From the NCBI GenBank assembly GCA_046045965.1, contig JBJOKS010000062.1, forward strand, positions 1 through 12,169: 12,169 nt of DNA, given 5' to 3'. The position numbers and the translations under genes are program-made. Below the pieces are notes generated by a model. The model searched no databases, had not been told where the DNA came from, and worked only from the letters and a program-made list of their open reading frames with translations. Below are positions 6,758 through 12,169 of this stretch, piece after piece (position 1 is the first letter of the stretch; every line of letters starts with the position of its first letter). This stretch comes from Cyanobacteriota bacterium (GTDB taxonomy: Bacteria; Cyanobacteriota; Cyanobacteriia; Cyanobacteriales; Nostocaceae).

Positions 6758-8062
6758 ATGATTCCCAAAAGAGATTTTGGCATAACCCAAATAGAGGCGC
6801 TGTTCGCTCCCGAAATGTTGGACTTGCAAATAGATGTCAACCTGGTTGAATCTTACAGAGAACAGCGGCGGCGTTTTATACTCAAGCGATTAGAATTGCA
6901 AACAAAAATCATGCTCATTGCTGGTTTAACCCTAACTGCTTTTTTTGTCTGGAACAACCAGCAACCACACGGCAAAATTTACGCTTTGAAAATTGGGTTA
7001 TTAATTGAATTTTTCATTTTGATTTGTTGGTTATTATGCAGAACTAAATTAGGTGAGCGTTACCCACACCTGCTGTTTTTAAGTTTATCCTGGGCTGTAA
7101 CTTGTGTAGTCCAAATTTATACGGCAGTTTTGTTTGATTTTGTAGAACCTTTCACGAATATTTGGAATTTGATGTTTATCACCCAAGCAACACTTATTCC
7201 TGTATTATGGCGAACTCATCTCATATCTCAACTGGGGACAATTGTCTGTTATTTAGGATTATATCTCATCTATCGTCCTCAATTTAGGCATCCCTTATAT
7301 TTTTATGTAGAAAATGGAATTTATTTCTTTTGGACAGGAATGATTTGTGTATTTTCTGTTTATCTATATGAGCGACTGAAGAAACAAGAATTTAGAGCTA
7401 GACAAGAATTAGAACTAGCCCAAAAACAATCAGAAAAACTCATTCTCAATATCTTACCCCAGGTAATAGCTGACAAATTAAAACAACAACCTACAACCAT
7501 TGCTGACATTTTCCTAGAAGTAACAGTTTTGTTTGCTGATATTGTGGGATTTACAGAACTTTCTAGTCATACTTCCCCACCGCAATTAGTAGAGTTATTA
7601 AACGAAATATTTTGCTTATTTGATGAATTAGCAGAATTGCATGGAGTCGAGAAAATCAAGACTATTGGTGATGCTTATATGGCAGTTGCCGGTTTACCTA
7701 ATCATCGCAGTGATCATGCTATAGCTATAGCAAATATGGCACTGGATATGCAACAGGCTGTAGCTAAATTTAACGAAGAACAAAATCAATCATTTCGTAT
7801 CCGTATTGGTATTAGCACGGGTCCAGTAGTAGCAGGAGTAATTGGTTTAAAAAAATTTGCTTATGACCTGTGGGGAGATACAGTTAATACTGCCAGTAGA
7901 ATGGAATCACATGGTATACCAGGTTGTATCCAGGTTTGCGAAGAAAGTTATCATCTGTTAAAAGAAAAGTATGTCATGGAAAAACGTGGATTAGTTAAAA
8001 TTAAAGGAAAAGGGGAAATGATAACTTATTTACTCTTGAGAGCTAAGTCAAATAATCAATAA
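6758..8062 (+). CDS. Membrane-bound class III adenylate cyclase (about 6 TM helices plus one catalytic domain)
   Basis: FADIVGFT, KIKTIGDAYM, RIGISTGPVVAGVIG, YDLWGDTVNTASRMES, KGKG. Lys and Asp at the specificity positions indicate ATP as substrate. Six hydrophobic segments lie N-terminally. An alternative start is the ATG at 6815. Confidence 0.92.
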   Translation: MIPKRDFGITQIEALFAPEMLDLQIDVNLVESYREQRRRFILKRLELQTKIMLIAGLTLTAFFVWNNQQPHGKIYALKIGLLIEFFILICWLLCRTKLGERYPHLLFLSLSWAVTCVVQIYTAVLFDFVEPFTNIWNLMFITQATLIPVLWRTHLISQLGTIVCYLGLYLIYRPQFRHPLYFYVENGIYFFWTGMICVFSVYLYERLKKQEFRARQELELAQKQSEKLILNILPQVIADKLKQQPTTIADIFLEVTVLFADIVGFTELSSHTSPPQLVELLNEIFCLFDELAELHGVEKIKTIGDAYMAVAGLPNHRSDHAIAIANMALDMQQAVAKFNEEQNQSFRIRIGISTGPVVAGVIGLKKFAYDLWGDTVNTASRMESHGIPGCIQVCEESYHLLKEKYVMEKRGLVKIKGKGEMITYLLLRAKSNNQ

Positions 8063-8268
8063 ATTTTTTAACTCAAAATCTGCTCATAATATCATGGAAA
8101 TGATAGAGTCTATACTGGGGAAAGTAAACATCTATTGATTTTTACTACTTTAGATAGATTCGTGGTTAAAAAATATCAGTTTTTTATTCCCTCGTTGCAT
8201 AATAGGGCTGGAGTTATAGAACCGTGTCTAAATAATTTAAGGGCGGTTTCCAGTAGCTTGCAGTACCA

Positions 8269-8274
8269 AAGGAG
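8269..8274 (+). promoter_or_regulatory. Shine-Dalgarno site for the histidine kinase
   Basis: AAGGAG lies 8 nt before the TTG at 8283. An in-frame TAA at 8238-8240 limits upstream extension. Confidence 0.6.
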
Positions 8275-8282
8275 ATGCTGTA

Positions 8283-10967
8283 TTGAAAGGAAGATTTTCC
8301 CTAATATCAAACTATACTGTGGCCATTGTATCTGTTGGTATTGCCTTGCTACTAACATTTGTGTTACAGCAATTTTTACATCAATCTATTTTTCTGCTAT
8401 TTTATGCCGCTATAGCTGTTAATACTTGGTATGGTGGTATCAAGCCAGGAATATTAGCTACTGTTTTATCTGCTATAGCTGTCAGCTACTTTTTTATAAA
8501 TCCCCAATTTTCATTTCATATTGATAGTATCGAGGATATCATTAAGTTAGGTTTATTTACGTTGATCACAATATTTATCACGGGGCTAAACTCAGAATTA
8601 CGTACTGCTCAACAGAAGTTAGAACTCAATGTTCAATACCTAGCTGCCAGTGAATCCCGATTTCGGAGGTTAAAAGATGCCAATATCATTGGGGTGATTA
8701 TAGCTGATATGACTGGCAGAATTTTAGAAGCGAATAATGCTTTTTTAAATATGGTCGGTTATACACAAGAAGAGCTACTAGCAGGAAGAGTAAACTTTCG
8801 AGAAATGACTCCTCCGGAATATGTAGAAGAAAGCATTCGCGCAACAGAGGAATTGAAAACACAAGGAGTTTGTCAACCTTTTGAGAAACAATACATCCAT
8901 AAAGATGGTAGTCGGGTTAGTGTGATTCTAGGTTTGGCTTTATTAGAAGATAACGCAGAACAAGTAATTGGTTTTGTTGTCGATGTTAGCCAACGAAAAC
9001 AAGCCGAGGAGTCACTGAAAAAACAGGAAGAACAACTGCGATTGATTACTAATTCTTTACCAGTACAAATTTCTTATGTTGATGCTCAACAGCGTTATCG
9101 ATTTAATAATAAAAGATATGAAGAATGGTTTGGCATACCCATTTCTGAAATTTATGGTAAGCACTTGAAAGAATATTTAGGAGAGTCAGTTTATCAAACA
9201 ATTTCTCCTTATGTAGAAAGAGTATTATCAGGAGAACAAGTAACCTACGAAACCCAACTATCGCATCAAAATGGAAAAATATATGATACAAGCGTAACTT
9301 ACATTCCCCAATTTAATCAGCAAAAAAAAGTGGAAGGATTTGTTGCCCTAATTAGAGATATTACAGATCAGAAACAAGCAGAAACTGCTCTCAAAGAAAG
9401 CGAAGAAAAATTTCGGAAATTAACAGAAAAAGTGCGCGTAATTCCTTGGGAATCAGATCCTAAAACTGGGAATTTTACATACATCGGTCCACAAACTGAA
9501 GAAATTCTCGGCTATCCCTTAACTGACTGGTACAATGAAAATTTTTGGATAGAACACATTCACCCAGATGATCAGGAATGGGCAGTTAATTATTGTCTCA
9601 ATTCTTCACAAGCACTGGAAAATTACGAATTTGAATATAGAATGTTAGCCGCAGATGGCAGAGTGGTTTGGTTATATGACATTGTGAATGTAGTGCGAGG
9701 TGAAGAAGGTCCAAAGCAACTGCATGGGTTCATGATTGACATTACCGAACGCAAGCAAGCCGAGCAAGAACGGGAACAATTATTAGAGCGAGAACAAGCG
9801 GCTAGGGCGGAAGCAGAAGCTGTTAACCGCATCAAAGATGAATTTTTAGCCACACTTTCCCACGAACTCCGCACCCCCCTCAATGCCATGTTAGGATGGA
9901 CACAACTACTCAAAAGCCGTAAGTTTGATGAAGTTACCACTGCTAGAGCATTGGAAACTATTGACCGTAATAGCCGCGCTCTATCGCAATTGATTGAAGA
10001 TGTTTTAGATGTTTCCCGGATTATTCGTGGTCAACTTCGCTTAAATGTGCGACCTGTGGAACTTGTGCCAGTAGTAGAAGCTGCTATCGACACCGTGCGA
10101 CCTGCTGCGGATGCTAAACATATTTGTATCGAAATAGAATTTGACCCAACTGTGGGGGTAGTGGTGGCTGATGCTAACCGCTTGCAACAAATAATCTGGA
10201 ATTTGCTTTCCAATGCTGTCAAATTTACACCCAAGGGGGGAAGAGTTGAGGTAAAAATAGAGCGCATTAATTCCCGTGTGCAGATTCAAGTTAGTGATAA
10301 TGGTGCTGGAATTTCTCCCGAATTTATACCTCATGTATTTGAACGTTTCTGTCAAGCTGATAGTTCAACTACGCGATCGCATGGAGGTTTAGGTTTAGGA
10401 TTAGCTATTGTGCGTTATTTGGTAGAATTACACGGAGGCACAGTTTCCGCTACCAGTCAAGGACTAGAACAAGGTGCAACTTTCATGATCAATTTACCCA
10501 TGAAAGCCATTATTAGTGAAGATGATGCACCAAAACCACACCCATTTTTAGCCAACAGCAATTTTGTGAATCAGCAATTATCAATCTTGCAAGATGTGCG
10601 GGTACTTGTTGTTGATGATGAAGCAGATACAAGGCATTTACTAACTGAAATTTTAGGACAATATGGCGCTCAAGTTTTAGCTGTTACTTCTGCAACAGAA
10701 GCAATGACAGCTTTATCACAATTCCACCCAGATATATTAATAAGTGATATTGGAATGCCGGAAGAAGATGGCTATACATTAATTCGTAAAGTCAGAAATC
10801 TTCCCAGTGATCAAGGAGGCAAAATTCCCGCAGTAGCACTAACAGCTTATGCTAGAACAGAAGACCGCACCCAAGCCTTATTAGCTGGCTTTCAGTTACA
10901 TATTCCCAAACCAGTAAATCCGGGTGAATTAGCTGCTGTGGTTGCTAATTTAGCGGGAAGAACATGA
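8283..10967 (+). CDS. Hybrid sensor histidine kinase/response regulator (DUF4118-like TM region, 3 PAS/PAC, HisKA, HATPase_c, REC)
   Basis: Hydrophobic N-terminus; three PAS/PAC units ending DVSQRK, DITDQK and DITERK; H-box LSHELRTPL; N-box NLLSNAVKFT; G-boxes DNGAGI and GGLGLGL; receiver VVDD...SDIGMP...KP. Confidence 0.95.
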   Translation: MKGRFSLISNYTVAIVSVGIALLLTFVLQQFLHQSIFLLFYAAIAVNTWYGGIKPGILATVLSAIAVSYFFINPQFSFHIDSIEDIIKLGLFTLITIFITGLNSELRTAQQKLELNVQYLAASESRFRRLKDANIIGVIIADMTGRILEANNAFLNMVGYTQEELLAGRVNFREMTPPEYVEESIRATEELKTQGVCQPFEKQYIHKDGSRVSVILGLALLEDNAEQVIGFVVDVSQRKQAEESLKKQEEQLRLITNSLPVQISYVDAQQRYRFNNKRYEEWFGIPISEIYGKHLKEYLGESVYQTISPYVERVLSGEQVTYETQLSHQNGKIYDTSVTYIPQFNQQKKVEGFVALIRDITDQKQAETALKESEEKFRKLTEKVRVIPWESDPKTGNFTYIGPQTEEILGYPLTDWYNENFWIEHIHPDDQEWAVNYCLNSSQALENYEFEYRMLAADGRVVWLYDIVNVVRGEEGPKQLHGFMIDITERKQAEQEREQLLEREQAARAEAEAVNRIKDEFLATLSHELRTPLNAMLGWTQLLKSRKFDEVTTARALETIDRNSRALSQLIEDVLDVSRIIRGQLRLNVRPVELVPVVEAAIDTVRPAADAKHICIEIEFDPTVGVVVADANRLQQIIWNLLSNAVKFTPKGGRVEVKIERINSRVQIQVSDNGAGISPEFIPHVFERFCQADSSTTRSHGGLGLGLAIVRYLVELHGGTVSATSQGLEQGATFMINLPMKAIISEDDAPKPHPFLANSNFVNQQLSILQDVRVLVVDDEADTRHLLTEILGQYGAQVLAVTSATEAMTALSQFHPDILISDIGMPEEDGYTLIRKVRNLPSDQGGKIPAVALTAYARTEDRTQALLAGFQLHIPKPVNPGELAAVVANLAGRT

Positions 10968-11023
10968 TAATTCATAATTCATAATTGGTAATTGGTAATT
11001 GGTAATTGGTAATTGGTAATTAG
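10968..11023. repeat. In-phase heptamer array (TAATTCA)2(TAATTGG)5(TAATTAG)
   Basis: Eight 7-mers begin at the base immediately after the kinase stop codon. Confidence 0.95.
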
Positions 11024-11035
11024 GTTATTCATCTT

Positions 11036-11094
11036 CCCAGTAAAGAGTCCCCAGTAAAGAGTCCCCAGTAAAGAGTCCCCAGTAAAGAGTCCCC
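11036..11094. repeat. Perfect 14-bp tandem repeat (CCCAGTAAAGAGTC) x4 plus CCC
   Basis: Units at 11036, 11050, 11064 and 11078, equivalent to STRR1-type CCCCAGT alternating with AAAGAGT. Confidence 0.95.
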
Positions 11095-11171
11095 TTTACA
11101 CTTTCTGATTTAATTGATTATCCTTAAATAGTAGGGGAATAAACCAAGTGTAAATTTCCAGCAGGTGCTAG

Positions 11172-12169
11172 ATGCTGCAAGCAGAAGAAATATTACAAGA
11201 CCGTTATCAAATCCAACGCCAACTAGGTAATAATGGAATTCGCCAAACTTGGTTAGCTAAAGATTTACAAGCTACTGAGGAAAAAAATTCCTTAGTTGTA
11301 GTTAAACTTTTGGCTTTTGGAGGTGCTGTTCAGTGGGATGATCTCAAACTATTTGAGAGAGAAGGACAGATTCTTAAACAGCTAAATCATCCTGCTATTC
11401 CCAAGTATATTGATTATTTTTGTATTGATGATCGTAATCTTTGGTTTGGCTTGGTTCAAGAATATATTCCTGGTGCATCTCTCAAAGAAAAACTTGTTGC
11501 TGGTGAAAGATTTACAGAAAACAAAGTTAGAAAAATTGCCGTTAAGATTTTAAAAATTCTCACCTATTTACATGAATTAAACCCAGGGGTTTTACATCGA
11601 GATATTAAACCAAGTAATTTAATTTGGGGTGAAGATAATCAAATTTATTTAGTTGATTTTGGGGCGGTTCAAGATAAAGCTGCTAAAGAAGGTGTAACAT
11701 TTACCGTTGTTGGAACTTATGGTTATGCACCGATGGAACAATTTGGAGGTCGGGCGGTTCCGGCTTCAGATTTGTATGCTTTAGGAGCAACTTTAATTCA
11801 CTTGTTAACAGGTCTTCCTCCCGCAGATTTACCTCAGCAAGATTTAAGAATACAATTTGCAGACCGAGTGAGTTTGAGTTTATCTTTTAAGAATTGGTTA
11901 CAGAAGTTGATAGAACCTGCACCAGAACAGCGTTATAGTAATGCACGTCAAGCCTTGGATGCACTCAAATCTGGTGAAATTGTGAGCCGAAAAAGTGCAA
12001 GTAACCCGTTCGATAACAAAGATGACATTAACAATTCTGGATGTGGTTTATCTAATAAATATGCACCAGTACCAGAAGAAATTTTAGGTTGGAATTGGGG
12101 AGCATTTTTGATGCCTTGGTTGTGGATGTGGCCTAATAATGTTTGGTATGGGTTGCTATGTTTTATCCC
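11172..12169 (+). CDS. Hanks-type Ser/Thr protein kinase with a C-terminal membrane domain, 3'-truncated
   Basis: Manual translation from ATG 11172: MLQAEEILQDRYQIQRQLG...VVVK...LFERE...VQEYIPG...LHRDIKPSN...LVDFG...GTYGYAPMEQ...SDLYALG...EQR. No stop before the window end, so it is missing from the ORF track. Confidence 0.93.
   Translation, partial: MLQAEEILQDRYQIQRQLGNNGIRQTWLAKDLQATEEKNSLVVVKLLAFGGAVQWDDLKLFEREGQILKQLNHPAIPKYIDYFCIDDRNLWFGLVQEYIPGASLKEKLVAGERFTENKVRKIAVKILKILTYLHELNPGVLHRDIKPSNLIWGEDNQIYLVDFGAVQDKAAKEGVTFTVVGTYGYAPMEQFGGRAVPASDLYALGATLIHLLTGLPPADLPQQDLRIQFADRVSLSLSFKNWLQKLIEPAPEQRYSNARQALDALKSGEIVSRKSASNPFDNKDDINNSGCGLSNKYAPVPEEILGWNWGAFLMPWLWMWPNNVWYGLLCFI

Larger units (their letters stand above)
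858..10380. repeat. Dispersed HIP1 octamers GCGATCGC at 858, 1122, 1217, 5804, 6091 and 10373 (the span given covers first to last site)
   Basis: Read directly from the sequence, counted by eye. HIP1 over-representation is a known cyanobacterial hallmark. Confidence 0.9.

Noticed and set aside
8135..8422. ORFs 8135..8422 (+) and 8176..8358 (-)
   Set aside because: They overlap the histidine kinase start, which has its own SD; no motifs.
9103..10355. Minus-strand ORFs within the histidine kinase
   Set aside because: Antisense shadows of a strongly conserved multi-domain gene.
11036..11094. Possible CRISPR array
   Set aside because: Contiguous 14-bp units with no unique spacers and no cas genes nearby; a simple tandem repeat.

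Overview
Chromosomal window, very probably from a heterocyst-forming cyanobacterium (Nostocales). The evidence is six HIP1 octamers (GCGATCGC) found by eye and several heptameric STRR-type tandem repeats. Gene order: 3' end of a DNA methyltransferase/Mrr-like restriction protein (+, truncated); then a minus-strand run of a dihydroorotase-like protein with degenerate metal ligands, a double-domain histidine phosphatase, a small exported hypothetical protein, a DUF790/Bax1-like nuclease and an XPB-like SF2 helicase; then a divergent plus-strand signalling cluster of a 6TM class III adenylate cyclase, a PAS hybrid histidine kinase and a Ser/Thr kinase that runs off the window and is absent from the ORF track. 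The best system-level candidate is the overlapping archaeal-type XPB-Bax1 helicase-nuclease pair. Intergenic DNA carries three REP-like palindromes (two flanked by direct repeats) and oriented heptamer arrays. I saw no RNA genes, transposases or CRISPR array. Family assignments come from motif recognition only; no searches were run.
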